Notes: a model not told the origin generated them from the sequence alone. DNA of 64,000 bases from Candidatus Aenigmatarchaeota archaeon (GCA_016187335.1 JACPJW010000001.1:160001-224000); one strand, 5' to 3'; positions 19,466-29,798 are shown, counted from the stretch's first letter. Numbers and translations: made by a program.

Positions 19466-20818
19466 CTAATGAACCCTTCCCTTGTGCTGCGCAAGCGAGC
19501 GCATCGTGGGGAACTCTTTGTTGCACACGCCGCAAGAAAAGCCGCGCTTCACGGCTTTCAGGTCCTGCCTGAGTTTTCGGCGCTCTTTCATTATCTTGTA
19601 AGGGTATGCAATGGGGTTCTTTATCTTCATTTTCTCGTGGTCAACGGTCTTGGAGCAGATGTCGTACAACCCTATGCTCCTGCAGAACGTTTCGTTGGTG
19701 CAGTTGGGCGGCTTTCTGTCGTTTAAGAGGTTCCAGCGCATCTGCGAAAGCAGGATGCTCCGCGGCAGCGGCGGCTTGTTCCTTTCGTTCCACTCCAGCA
19801 CTGATTGCTCAATCTCTTCAGGCTGCCAGTTCATCATTTTGAGGAAGGTAACAAGGGTGAAAATGCTTCTCTTCCTGCCCTCGCTCATCCCGGCTAAAAT
19901 TGTTTTTACGCACGGAGGGAAGAATTCCTCCGGTATTTTCTTATCATAAACAACGAGCCTTTTCGGCTCCTGCTTTTTTTCCTGCTTGGTGTGCATCGCG
20001 TGCCAGTCAAGGGCTTCTAAAAGCAGATCCTCCGCCTCGTTCTCTTCGCTGACGAAAAATTTTTCTTTAACGTTAACCTTTTTTGGTTGGGCAATTTCCG
20101 GCTCGAATCTTTTAAGATGCTGCCTTGCTATCGGCAGCGATGCCAGCCACGTTTTTTCGTTGAGCGAATAAGGCGCCCTGAATAAATGCCTGGCGCCCCA
20201 GTCCTTTTCTACCTCAACGAAATAAAACGGGCTCAGTCTTGACGGGGCTTCGCCCAGCGCTTCTATAAGCTCCTTCGCGCTCCTCCTTTTTACCAGCTTT
20301 CTCATCAGCACTTTTGATATTTTCTTTCTTATGAACCTGGCAAGTATGCGCGGCGCTTCCGGATACATCCTTGCCAGCGGTTTGTAATCAACCTCTTTGG
20401 GAAATGCCTCCCAGCCGACGGAAATGTGAAAGCCCCTTCTTCCGGAAAACTTTATGCCGTAATTGCGCACACCGTATTTTTCCAGCGTGCGGCATATCAG
20501 CATTGCTGCTGTTTTTGATTCTTCAATTCCGAGCTTGCTGTCTATGTCCAGGACAAAGTCCCATCCGCTTCGCATCTCGCTGTAGTTCTGGCTGTTCACG
20601 CTCATGGCGTTCTTCCATCTTTCAACGGAAAAGTGGAACGAAACAACACCTTTCCTGACCATCTGCACGATGTCATTTGGGTATTGTATTATGTTCGGCC
20701 TTTTCTCGTATGTCCCGTCGAAAAAAGTCCCGACGGCTTCCCTTTCCTTTGAATGCTCTATGAGCGCCTTGGAAATGTCCTCGCGCGCGTAATATTCCAG
20801 AATCTGCTGGCGGTTCAT
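19466..20818 (-). CDS. fused DNA primase PriS-PriL with C-terminal C2H2-type zinc finger
   Basis: Catalytic DFVLDID, FSGRRGFH and HLFRAPYSL, then PriL-CTD PPCV...PPNC; tail CGVC...H...H; start MNRQQ. Confidence 0.9.
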   Translation of the reverse strand: MNRQQILEYYAREDISKALIEHSKEREAVGTFFDGTYEKRPNIIQYPNDIVQMVRKGVVSFHFSVERWKNAMSVNSQNYSEMRSGWDFVLDIDSKLGIEESKTAAMLICRTLEKYGVRNYGIKFSGRRGFHISVGWEAFPKEVDYKPLARMYPEAPRILARFIRKKISKVLMRKLVKRRSAKELIEALGEAPSRLSPFYFVEVEKDWGARHLFRAPYSLNEKTWLASLPIARQHLKRFEPEIAQPKKVNVKEKFFVSEENEAEDLLLEALDWHAMHTKQEKKQEPKRLVVYDKKIPEEFFPPCVKTILAGMSEGRKRSIFTLVTFLKMMNWQPEEIEQSVLEWNERNKPPLPRSILLSQMRWNLLNDRKPPNCTNETFCRSIGLYDICSKTVDHEKMKIKNPIAYPYKIMKERRKLRQDLKAVKRGFSCGVCNKEFPTMRSLAQHKGRVH

Positions 20819-20869
20819 GAGAATAAGTTCCGGACGAACAAATAAAAGGTTATCAAGGAAATTTAGCGA

Positions 20870-21343
20870 ATGGCAGACGTTTACGTCGCCGGCTCCCTGA
20901 GGCACACGCCGCGCGAGTGGTGGGCCATCTACGAGAGAATAGCGAAAATCATCGAAACAATCGGGATGAGCGCTTACGTCCCTCATATACATACTCCGAA
21001 CGAAGTGGGAGCAAAGGCTTTGGATATAGATAATCTGGATATGGACGGTAATCTTAGGGCTGAAATCTATAGAAAGCAGTGGAAGGTCATAGAAAACGCA
21101 AAGCTTGTCATAGCGGAAATAACCCAGCCCTCGACAGGAACGGGGATAGAAATCGGTCTTGCCCTGAAGCTGAACAAGCCCGTGATCTGCATGGCTCATA
21201 AAACTGCGAACATCACGAGCATGGTCATGGGCCCGGCGCATCTCGGCATGGTCGACGTGATAAGGTACGACAATGAAGAAGACGGTATGGCGCAGCTCAA
21301 AAGGCTTTTAGAAAATAAATACAAATCCTTACTTCACCAGTAG
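20870..21343 (+). CDS. nucleoside 2-deoxyribosyltransferase-like protein
   Basis: VYVAG, PSTGTGIEIG. Confidence 0.8.
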   Translation: MADVYVAGSLRHTPREWWAIYERIAKIIETIGMSAYVPHIHTPNEVGAKALDIDNLDMDGNLRAEIYRKQWKVIENAKLVIAEITQPSTGTGIEIGLALKLNKPVICMAHKTANITSMVMGPAHLGMVDVIRYDNEEDGMAQLKRLLENKYKSLLHQ

Positions 21344-21778
21344 CTTCGCCTGCTCGACGCTGTATTTCCAGTTCTTCGGCAGCTTCCCTGTGCGGGAGTA
21401 ATATTTTCCGAGCCTGCGGACCTTGCTTTCCATCAGCTCAAGGCCGTGGATTGCTGACGCGTCTTTCTTGTTTTCTGAAAGGTGCTTGTGAAGGTTCACG
21501 GCTTTTTTCATCAGGTTGTACATGTCCTCGGGTATTTCTTTCTTCGCTTCCTTTGCCGTCACTTTCATGACGCGGAGGCTGAAAGCCCTTACGTCAGGCA
21601 CGCCGTACTGGTCGCGCAGAATGATGCCTATCTCGCTGGATGTTTTTCCTTCTTTGGCGAGCTTGGTTATGAGTTTCTCTACTTCGTCCTTGTCGTAGGC
21701 GAGCCACTCCTGCCGTATCCTTTTCACGGGCTTCTTGGAGCCGCTTCTGCCGTGCTTTCTTGAATGCATCTTTGCCAT
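21329..21778 (-). CDS. rps15: 30S ribosomal protein uS15
   Basis: MAKMHSRKHGRSGS...IGIILRDQYG. Confidence 0.97.
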   Translation of the reverse strand: MAKMHSRKHGRSGSKKPVKRIRQEWLAYDKDEVEKLITKLAKEGKTSSEIGIILRDQYGVPDVRAFSLRVMKVTAKEAKKEIPEDMYNLMKKAVNLHKHLSENKKDASAIHGLELMESKVRRLGKYYSRTGKLPKNWKYSVEQAKLLVK

Positions 21779-21899
21779 TTTTTTGACACCTTCATCATGC
21801 CCAAAAACCGTTAGGTTTTTGGCATCCCGAAGAACCTTTGTTCTTCGAGGAAAGCAGGAAGGAATGTGCTGAAGGCAGCATGAACTTTCTTTTTCCGCT

Positions 21900-22499
21900 T
21901 TAATTTTCCTTCTTCGTGTACCTTCTCCGCTTTTCTATTTTCCGGAGGGCTGCAAAAACGTCCTGCGCCCCGCTGTAATTCTTTCCGTAAACTTTTAAAA
22001 TGGTGTTCCAGGCTTTTTCCAGCAATGAAAAGTGCGTTGACTCCAGGGCTTCATGCAGCAAAAAAAGATCCGATGCCTTGTCTTCCGTGCGCCTGCTGCG
22101 GAATCCCAGGCCGAAATCGATGAAATAAATGTCTCCATCATGAAAAATCATGTTGCTGGTAGTGAGATCGCCGTGAATTATGCCGTTGCTGTGCATCTTT
22201 GCCGCGGCTTCTGCAATCTTCGCGCATATTTCCCTGAAGTTCTTCCCGCTTAAAATATCCTTTGCCCTTTTCCCGTCGATGAATTCCATTTTTATTGAAA
22301 AATCCTTTTCTTCAATTATTCTTGGAGCCGGCGCGCCGGAGCGGCGCGCCTCCCTTATCAGGCCCGCTTCTCTTCTTGTTCTGCCGCGGCGCAAAGAAAT
22401 ATCTATTTTTTCGATTCGGTAGCCTTTTTTTATCCGTTCCTTTGTCAGCGTGCCGTCTTCCTTGCGCAGCACTGCTTCGGCGCCGCGCGCGATTATCAT
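21900..22499 (-). CDS. bud32: KEOPS kinase Bud32
   Basis: RGAEA, HGDLTTSN, IDFGL. Confidence 0.95.
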   Translation of the reverse strand: MIIARGAEAVLRKEDGTLTKERIKKGYRIEKIDISLRRGRTRREAGLIREARRSGAPAPRIIEEKDFSIKMEFIDGKRAKDILSGKNFREICAKIAEAAAKMHSNGIIHGDLTTSNMIFHDGDIYFIDFGLGFRSRRTEDKASDLFLLHEALESTHFSLLEKAWNTILKVYGKNYSGAQDVFAALRKIEKRRRYTKKEN

Positions 22500-22562
22500 G
22501 AACGGCTTTTTATGTTAAACCTTTATAAGGATTTACGCAAAATTTCATCCTAAGGCGTTTTT

Positions 22563-22799
22563 ATGACTGTAATAGTTGACGACGGCAAGTGTATTTCGTG
22601 CGGAGGATGCGTCGCTGTATGCCCGGTGCTTGCGCTGGACATGAAGAAAGGCACAGACATAATCGTGGACAACGACAGTTGCATTGACTGCAACCTGTGC
22701 GTCAGATTCTGCCCTGTTGCGGCGCTGGAGCTTGACGAGGAAGGCAGGAAGCGCTACAAAGGCGAGCTGCCAAGGAAGAAGGCGGCTGTGCTGTACTGA
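22563..22799 (+). CDS. 2[4Fe-4S] ferredoxin
   Basis: Two CxxCxxCxxxCP motifs. Confidence 0.92.
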   Translation: MTVIVDDGKCISCGGCVAVCPVLALDMKKGTDIIVDNDSCIDCNLCVRFCPVAALELDEEGRKRYKGELPRKKAAVLY

Positions 22800-22810
22800 A
22801 AGGTGTTCTT

Positions 22811-24007
22811 ATGATGCTCAACGGAAAATACGATTATGATGTCGTTGTCGTGGGCGCGGGACCTGCGGGCTCTGCCACGGCGAAGACATGCGCCGAGAAA
22901 GGCCTTGAAGTGGCTATGGTAGAAAAACTTCCCGTCCCGTTCGCCGTCAAGAGATGCGGCGAGGGGCTTTCCAATGATTCGGTGAAGCTCATCGGCCAGA
23001 AAATACCGCCGGAGTGCATAGCAAGAAAAATAAACGGCGCGATTGTTTATTCCCCAGGCAAAAAAGCCGTCATAGACCTTCACAGGGAAGCCGGCTACAT
23101 ACTGGAAAGAAAGCTGTACGACAAGTGGCTGGCTGCGGAAGCCGCAAGGGCGGGCGTTTACGTCCAGACAAAGACGGCGGCGACCGGCGTCATAAAAAAA
23201 GACGGCTTTGTGAAAGGCGTTGAGATTGAATTTGAGGGCGAGAAGTCCGCTTTAAGCAGCAGGGTCGTTGTCGCGGCGGACGGCGTTGAAAGCGTCATCT
23301 CAAGGATGGCGGGCCTGAAAACGACAAACAATCTCGTCAATATTTTTTCCGCGTACCAGTTTGAGATGGTCGGCATAGAAATGGAAGACCCGGACAAGAT
23401 AATAGTTTACGTCGGGAACAAGATATCCCCCAGAGGCTACGTGTGGATATTCCCGAAGGGCGAGGACGTGGCGAACGTCGGCATAGGCATAGGCGGCCTT
23501 GGCTACGAAAAGACGGCCAGGGGCTATCTGGAAGATTTCATAAAATCCGACGAGGGCCTGAGGAAAGGCAGCATCGTGGAAGTGAACACAGGGGCGATTC
23601 CTGCCGGAGGCTTCATGGATAACATGGTCCTGAACGGCCTCGTTGCCGTGGGCGATGCCGCGCACCAGGTGAACCCGCTTCACGGCGGCGGGATAAAGGA
23701 AGCGACGCTGGGGGGCATGATAGCGGGCGATGTTATAGCTGGATGCATTGAAAAAAACGACGTGTCCCAGAGCGCCCTGTCGGAATACAACAAGATCTGG
23801 TGGGAGCAGCAGGGAAAGAGGCTGAGGAACATAGAGAAGGCCAGGAATGTTATCGCGAAGCTTTCCGACGAGGACCTTGATATGCTTGTTGAAAGCGTCA
23901 CGGGCGACGATATAGTGGACTTCACGAGGGGGAAGAAGCTGGAAAAGGTGGCCCAGATTCTCCTGAGAAAGCCGGGCCTGATAACGCTTGCGCGGCATCT
24001 TCTCTGA
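22811..24007 (+). CDS. geranylgeranyl reductase family protein
   Basis: GAGPAG, CGEG, YVWIFPKG, GDAAHQVNPLHGGG. Confidence 0.92.
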   Translation: MMLNGKYDYDVVVVGAGPAGSATAKTCAEKGLEVAMVEKLPVPFAVKRCGEGLSNDSVKLIGQKIPPECIARKINGAIVYSPGKKAVIDLHREAGYILERKLYDKWLAAEAARAGVYVQTKTAATGVIKKDGFVKGVEIEFEGEKSALSSRVVVAADGVESVISRMAGLKTTNNLVNIFSAYQFEMVGIEMEDPDKIIVYVGNKISPRGYVWIFPKGEDVANVGIGIGGLGYEKTARGYLEDFIKSDEGLRKGSIVEVNTGAIPAGGFMDNMVLNGLVAVGDAAHQVNPLHGGGIKEATLGGMIAGDVIAGCIEKNDVSQSALSEYNKIWWEQQGKRLRNIEKARNVIAKLSDEDLDMLVESVTGDDIVDFTRGKKLEKVAQILLRKPGLITLARHLL

Positions 24008-24050
24008 TTCTATTTCTTGGCCTTCAAGATGATGAATTCAGTGGGTACAT

Positions 24051-25115
24051 ATGACGAAAATCATGGGCGCGGGCCCTGCGGGCCTTTGCGCTGCAATAAA
24101 CATTGCAAAGGCCGGCAGGGAAGTGAAGATATTTGAGATGCGCAGCGACGTCGGCATGCGCTTTCACCCGAACCTTCAGGGGCTGAAAGACGTTGGCAAC
24201 CCCGAAGACTACATGAAAGAGCTGAACATAAACCCGAAGACGGGATTCAGGTATTTCTCCAGGGCATTTTTCGGCACAAGGAAAAGGGACATAGAGCTTG
24301 ACATCGGGAAGTCAATGCCCTTCGTCGTGCGCGGCGGAAAGGAATCCTTAGAGTACGGGCTTTACCGGGAAGCGCTTGACCTGGGAGTGGAATTCGAATT
24401 CAATTCCAGGATAACGAAAGACGGCGTTGACATCGTGGCGGCGGGCCATGGCGGAACATGCGACGCAGCCGCGCTTGGCATGGTTTTTGAGGACACGGAC
24501 TTCCCCAGGGATGCGTTCCTTATAATTTTTGACGACAGGTATTCGCCAAAAGGCTGGTACAGCTATATTGTGCCGATATCGGACGACCGTGTAGAATTCG
24601 TGAACTGCGTGTCCCAGCCTCACGTGCCGCTCTTGAGAAAACTGACGGAAAAGGCGCTGCAGGAAAGGAAAATAGTCCGCGGCTTCCTTGACGGGAAAAA
24701 AAAGGTGGCAACGTTCGGGGGCGTCGGGAATGTGAGCGTCCCTAAGACGGCCTTCATAAACAACAGGTATTACGTCGGCGAGGCCGCCGGATTCCAGGAC
24801 CCTTTCATGGGCTTCGGCATCACGTATGCGCTGAAATCGGCAAAGATGGCCGCCGACGCAATTGTGAACGGTTATGACTACGACGCCATGTGGAAAAGGG
24901 AGATAATGCCAAGGATGAGGAAGGATTTCGCGCGGCGCTTCCCGGTGTCCATATTCGGCGACGCCCTGCCGGAGATGTTCATGAGAAAGTACAGGAGCGG
25001 CGACAGGATAGATTTCCAGGACGTTATCCCTTCGTCGTTCCCGTTATACAACGTTGCGGAGTTTGTGCTCTTCAGGTTAGAGGTCCTGAAAAAGCGCCTG
25101 ACCGGCTTCTGGTAA
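24051..25115 (+). CDS. FAD-dependent oxidoreductase, GGR-like
   Basis: GAGPAG, GEAAGFQDPFMGFGI. Confidence 0.85.
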   Translation: MTKIMGAGPAGLCAAINIAKAGREVKIFEMRSDVGMRFHPNLQGLKDVGNPEDYMKELNINPKTGFRYFSRAFFGTRKRDIELDIGKSMPFVVRGGKESLEYGLYREALDLGVEFEFNSRITKDGVDIVAAGHGGTCDAAALGMVFEDTDFPRDAFLIIFDDRYSPKGWYSYIVPISDDRVEFVNCVSQPHVPLLRKLTEKALQERKIVRGFLDGKKKVATFGGVGNVSVPKTAFINNRYYVGEAAGFQDPFMGFGITYALKSAKMAADAIVNGYDYDAMWKREIMPRMRKDFARRFPVSIFGDALPEMFMRKYRSGDRIDFQDVIPSSFPLYNVAEFVLFRLEVLKKRLTGFW

Positions 25116-25175
25116 GATTCTCCTCCGTATCGCAATGCTTATATAGTCCTGTATACGCTGTTATACACAGTTATA

Positions 25176-25346
25176 ATGCCGTCTACAACTATCCGCATAA
25201 GCAGGGACAACAGGAAAAGACTCAATGATTTAGGCAGGAAAGCCGACACTTATGACGACATTCTCGGGCGTCTTCTTGATTATATTGAAAAAGAAGGGAT
25301 TGATTTTAACGAATTGAACAATTCAAAGAAAAAGGTGAAAAAATGA
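25176..25346 (+). CDS. small ribbon-helix-helix/antitoxin-like protein, 56 aa
   Basis: Manual translation MPSTTIRISRDNRKRLNDLGRKADTYDDILGRLL; stop overlaps the smc ATG (ATGA). Confidence 0.75.
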   Translation: MPSTTIRISRDNRKRLNDLGRKADTYDDILGRLLDYIEKEGIDFNELNNSKKKVKK

Positions 25347-27766
25347 TACGCCTGGACAGGATAACCATGCAGGGATTCAAGTCCTTCGCAGGAAAGATAA
25401 CAATACCGTTTCCCAAAGGATTCAACTGTATCTGTGGCCCGAATGGATCCGGAAAGTCGAATATAATAGACGCCCTCACATTTGTTCTTGGAACATCCTC
25501 AGCCCGTGCCATAAGGGCCCAGCGCCTGCAAAATCTTTTATTTAACGGCGCGCGCGACAAAAAGCCCGCTGATTTCTGCGAAGTGACGTTGTACCTGGAA
25601 AACGACGGCTCCATAGCAGGTTACGAAAGCGAAATAAAGGTGAGCCGCCGCGTGAACAGGAGCGGCGTGACTTTCTACAAGCTCAACGGGAGGACGGTCA
25701 CGCGTTCAAAAATACTGGATTTGCTTGCCAACGCCAACCTTTCCCCGGAAGGCTACAACATAATAATGCAGGGCGACGTGACGAAAATAATAGAGATGAA
25801 CCCGAAAGAAAGAAGAGGCATCATTGACGAAGTGTCGGGCATAGCGGAATTTGACGACAAGAAGGAAAAGGCGCAGCGCGAGATGGAAAGGGTTGAAATG
25901 CGCGTGCGCGAGAACATGATTGTCGTTGCGGAAAAGCAGAAACTTGTTGCGCGCATGAAGCAGGAAAGAGAAAGCGCAGAGAAATACAAAAAGCTGGGCG
26001 ACGAGCTGAGAAAAAGCAGGGCATCCATGCTTAACAGGAAAATGAAGGATATAGAAGAGAAGCTTTCTGTCACGGAAAAAGAAGACAGGGAAAGCGACGA
26101 AAGGCTGGCCGCCATAGACAAGGACCTTAAGAAGGCGGAAAAGGACCTGCGTGAAAATGAGGACCTGCTGAAGAAAATGAACGAGGATATTCTGAAAAAA
26201 TCCCGCAACATAGAAATAATGAGGAAAATAGATGCCCTGCAGACAGAGATTATCAGAAAAAAAGACAAGATTGACCTTAACGAGCGGCAGGCATCTATGC
26301 TGCGCTCAACGGAAAGAAACGAGGCCGTCAAGGATATTTTGTCCGGCAATTTCAGCGGCGTTCACGGGACTTTCTCTTCGCTGGTAAGCACCGACAGAAA
26401 ATACGAGACAGCTCTGGAGGTGGCGGTTGGCAGGCACGACAAGGATATTGTTGTTGACGACGAGGACATAGCGTCTGGCTGCATAAATCACCTGAAGAAA
26501 AGGAAAATCGGGCGGGCGCGCTTCCTGCCGCTGAGGAAACTGCAGAAACGCGAAAGGAGGGAATACAGGGGAAGGGAAAAAGTCATTGGGTACCTGATCG
26601 ATTTCGTGAAGTACGACGGGAGATTTTCTTCTGCTGTCAAGCATGTCCTGGAATCTGTCCTTGTTGCCGACAATATTGATACTGCAAAAAGAATAAGCGG
26701 CTTCAAGGTAGTGACTTTGGAAGGCGACCTTGTCGAGCCGAGCGGCGAGATGATAGGCGGCTATTACAAAAGAAAGATGAAAGATGTCGGCTTTCACGAG
26801 ATAAAGAAGCTGGAAGAAGAAAACCTTGGGCTGGAAAATGAAATAACAAAGATAGAAAAAGAACTGGCAGTTTTGAAGTCGCAGGAGCAGTCGGAATCAA
26901 AGGAAGTGATGAAGCTGCAGGAAAGGAAAAATAATGTTGAGAAAGCCGTTGAAGACCTCAGGAAAAAGTGGAAGGATGCCCTGGAAGAAAAAATAGCGTT
27001 GCAGGGCGGCGTCTCAAAGGGCAAGATAGAAAGGGCAAGGCTTGAGGCTTCTTACGATAATTTGAAAGTGGAAGCTGAGGAGTTCTCTGAAATAAAGGAA
27101 TACTACAGCAGGTCCGTTGACGAGCTGCAGGAGCGCGTTCGCTCGCTGACGCTGGAAATAAACAAGCTGGGGCCTGTAAACCTCAGGGCCCTGGAAGAGT
27201 ATGATGTGATCATAACGGAGTTTGAGGAATTAAAGAAAAAACTGGACAAGCTCATAAATGAAAAGGAAGCCGTGATGAAAGTGGTGGAAGAAGTTTCAAA
27301 GAGGAGGTATGAAAAATTCATGGAAACGTTCGGCGAGATAAACAAAAACCTGACGCAGATCTACCATGACCTTGCCGGAGGAGCGGCAGGGCTGCGCCTA
27401 GAAGAGGAGAACAACATTGACAGCGGCCTGATTATAGAGGCATCGCCCCCGGGAAAAAGGGTTCTAAACCTGGACAGCATGTCAGGCGGCGAGCGCACGT
27501 TGACGTCGCTGGCGTTTCTTTTTGCAATCATGCAGCATTATTCCTCGCCGTTTTACGTGCTGGACGAGGTTGATGCTGCTTTGGACAAGTCCAACACTAA
27601 GAAAATAGCGGACCTCATCAAGAAATATTCCGGCAAGGTGCAGTTTATAGTAATAACGCACAATGACCTTACTATATCCGAAGCCGACAAGGTCTTCGGC
27701 GTCAGCATCGAGGGCGGAGTATCAAAAGTCTTCGGCATAGAGATGCCGCAAGAGCAGCCAGCATGA
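25343..27766 (+). CDS. smc: SMC protein with short arms (807 aa)
   Basis: GPNGSGKS, hinge IGRARFLPL, MSGGE signature, DEVD Walker B; followed by scpA and scpB. Confidence 0.95.
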   Translation: MIRLDRITMQGFKSFAGKITIPFPKGFNCICGPNGSGKSNIIDALTFVLGTSSARAIRAQRLQNLLFNGARDKKPADFCEVTLYLENDGSIAGYESEIKVSRRVNRSGVTFYKLNGRTVTRSKILDLLANANLSPEGYNIIMQGDVTKIIEMNPKERRGIIDEVSGIAEFDDKKEKAQREMERVEMRVRENMIVVAEKQKLVARMKQERESAEKYKKLGDELRKSRASMLNRKMKDIEEKLSVTEKEDRESDERLAAIDKDLKKAEKDLRENEDLLKKMNEDILKKSRNIEIMRKIDALQTEIIRKKDKIDLNERQASMLRSTERNEAVKDILSGNFSGVHGTFSSLVSTDRKYETALEVAVGRHDKDIVVDDEDIASGCINHLKKRKIGRARFLPLRKLQKRERREYRGREKVIGYLIDFVKYDGRFSSAVKHVLESVLVADNIDTAKRISGFKVVTLEGDLVEPSGEMIGGYYKRKMKDVGFHEIKKLEEENLGLENEITKIEKELAVLKSQEQSESKEVMKLQERKNNVEKAVEDLRKKWKDALEEKIALQGGVSKGKIERARLEASYDNLKVEAEEFSEIKEYYSRSVDELQERVRSLTLEINKLGPVNLRALEEYDVIITEFEELKKKLDKLINEKEAVMKVVEEVSKRRYEKFMETFGEINKNLTQIYHDLAGGAAGLRLEEENNIDSGLIIEASPPGKRVLNLDSMSGGERTLTSLAFLFAIMQHYSSPFYVLDEVDAALDKSNTKKIADLIKKYSGKVQFIVITHNDLTISEADKVFGVSIEGGVSKVFGIEMPQEQPA

Positions 27767-28554
27767 AACATGGAAAGGGACGAATACTAATGGCAGAAGA
27801 CATCGCAAAAAAGCCTGAAGCAAAACATGGAAACGATTCCGCTATGACAGAAAAAGCCATAGATGAATCCAAGCTTATCCGCACGATTGTTCTTGGCAGC
27901 GACTGGCAGGAAGTTTTGGAAAACATTGTCGTTGAAGAGGGTTTAGACCCCCAGCATATAGACATAATAAATCTGGCCGACTCGTTCACGGAATATATGC
28001 AGCGCCTGAAGGTGTTTGACTTCCGAATTCCCGCAAGGTTCATCCTTATCGCTGCAATACTGCTCAGGATGAAATGCGAGCTGCTTCTGGAGGAGGAAGA
28101 AGAGAAGGCGCGCATTGAATCTGCAGCTCTCCCGAACATCAGCCTGGAGAACATACCTGAACTGACAGCGCCGCTCATGAGGAAGCCGACAAGGAAGGTG
28201 ACTCTTGACGAGCTGATAAGGGCGCTGGACAAGGCTTTCGAGTTCAAAGAGCGGAAGGAAGGAAAACAGCTGAGAATGCGGCGTGCTGTTGAAAACCTTA
28301 TTGAACCCGAGGAGGACATAGAGCTGCGGATAAGCAGGATATACGACAGGATAACGAAGCACAGCGTAATAAAGTTCTCTGATCTTGTGCACCCCTGGAA
28401 AAGAAAAGAGATTGTGAAAATATTCATGCCCCTGCTCCACTTGGAGCAGCGCGGTCGCGTGGTTTGCGAGCAGGAGGAATTTTTCAAGGAGATAACGATA
28501 AGGATTGTGGAAGAATCGGAGCAGCCTAAAGAGCCTCAAATGGCCCAGGAATAA
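27763..28554 (+). CDS. scpA: kleisin ScpA
   Basis: LDPQHIDIINL, RKVTLDELI, EQEEFFKEI. Confidence 0.9.
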   Translation: MKHGKGRILMAEDIAKKPEAKHGNDSAMTEKAIDESKLIRTIVLGSDWQEVLENIVVEEGLDPQHIDIINLADSFTEYMQRLKVFDFRIPARFILIAAILLRMKCELLLEEEEEKARIESAALPNISLENIPELTAPLMRKPTRKVTLDELIRALDKAFEFKERKEGKQLRMRRAVENLIEPEEDIELRISRIYDRITKHSVIKFSDLVHPWKRKEIVKIFMPLLHLEQRGRVVCEQEEFFKEITIRIVEESEQPKEPQMAQE

Positions 28555-28569
28555 TAAGGGAAAGTTATT

Positions 28570-29151
28570 GTGAAAAGAAAACCAAAAGAAACCGAAGTTC
28601 CGCAGGAACTTCAACCTGATGGGGTTGTCTTGTCTATGGCAATAAGGAACAAGGAGCAGAAAATTGCGCTGCTGGAAGCTGCGCTGTTCACGACAACCGA
28701 GCCCTTGTCTGTCGATGAATTGCAGAAGGCAACGAAGATAACGTCAGGGGAAATAGAAATCCTGCTGAAGGATATTGAGCAGAAGTATTCAGGTGCAGAG
28801 CACGGCGTGAAGCTGTCAACAATCGGCGGCTACCGCCTGATGGTCAAGGAGCAGTTCGTTGAAAGGGTATCCCATTTGACGCCGCACGCTGATTTGTCCA
28901 GAGGCCTGCTCCGCGTCCTTTCTATAATTGCCTACCACGAGCCTGTGCCTCAGTCGGACATTGTCAAGATTATAGGCAACAGGACATACGAGTATGTCAA
29001 GGAACTGGAGGAGCGCGGGCTTGTCAAAAGCGAGAAGAAATCCAGAACGAAAATGTTAAGCACCACGCCGCAGTTTGAGGAATATTTCGGCGCCAAGAAA
29101 GAAGAAATAAAGCGCATGGCAGAGGGCGTTGAAGAGCAAAACAAAGAATGA
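28570..29151 (+). CDS. scpB: segregation and condensation protein B
   Basis: LEAALF, LSIIAYHEP, TTPQFEEYF. Confidence 0.93.
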   Translation: MKRKPKETEVPQELQPDGVVLSMAIRNKEQKIALLEAALFTTTEPLSVDELQKATKITSGEIEILLKDIEQKYSGAEHGVKLSTIGGYRLMVKEQFVERVSHLTPHADLSRGLLRVLSIIAYHEPVPQSDIVKIIGNRTYEYVKELEERGLVKSEKKSRTKMLSTTPQFEEYFGAKKEEIKRMAEGVEEQNKE

Positions 29152-29171
29152 AATCAAGCCTGAAAAAAACT

Positions 29172-29798
29172 TCATATAAATTCTTCAATGGTTCTCAGGT
29201 ATTTTTCCATTCTTTTGCTGATGTCTTTTTCATTTGAAATCAGGTAAAAATGAAAAAACCTTTCTGTCGGCGACTGCCAAACAGCTTCTATCCCTGGAAT
29301 ATTCCTGTTTATAAAAAATCTTTGGAATAGAATCTTTCCCTTATCTCTCGTTATTTCAGAATCCTTTATTTCTACAACAGACCCGAAAGCATCTACAGAT
29401 TCAATCCCTTTCTGATAATTTTTCAGCATATCCAAACCTAATTGAAGTCTCCTTTCCATTGTAGAATTGGTGCGCGGAGTGTACCAGAAAAGAACTGTTG
29501 ATTCATCTCCTACGGGAAGGTCCCCCGCAGCATGAAATGCTTCCACTCCGATTATCATTCCGGATTCGTAACTTGCATTTACTTCATTATATAGCCCGTA
29601 ATCATAAACTTCCATTCCTCTGGGGTATGTGAATGCTATGCCTATTTTTGGGTTGGAATACCTCACGAATTCCGATTGCTGGGCTTGTGCAGCCTGTCCC
29701 TGTGAAGAGCCGAAACTAGGCGCCGCCGTTCCCATCAAAGCAGATGCCATTACGGCGGCTGCGCCCGCACGCAAATATCTTCTTATGCCTGATGTCAT
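29172..29798 (-). CDS. exported AT-rich orphan protein (PsbP-like N-terminus)
   Basis: Signal peptide; YSNPKIGIAFTYP segment; own TATA box. Confidence 0.6.
   Translation of the reverse strand: MTSGIRRYLRAGAAAVMASALMGTAAPSFGSSQGQAAQAQQSEFVRYSNPKIGIAFTYPRGMEVYDYGLYNEVNASYESGMIIGVEAFHAAGDLPVGDESTVLFWYTPRTNSTMERRLQLGLDMLKNYQKGIESVDAFGSVVEIKDSEITRDKGKILFQRFFINRNIPGIEAVWQSPTERFFHFYLISNEKDISKRMEKYLRTIEEFI

Noticed and set aside
20819-21241. N-terminal extension of the primase ORF
   Set aside because: Antisense to the deoxyribosyltransferase-like gene; no primase similarity
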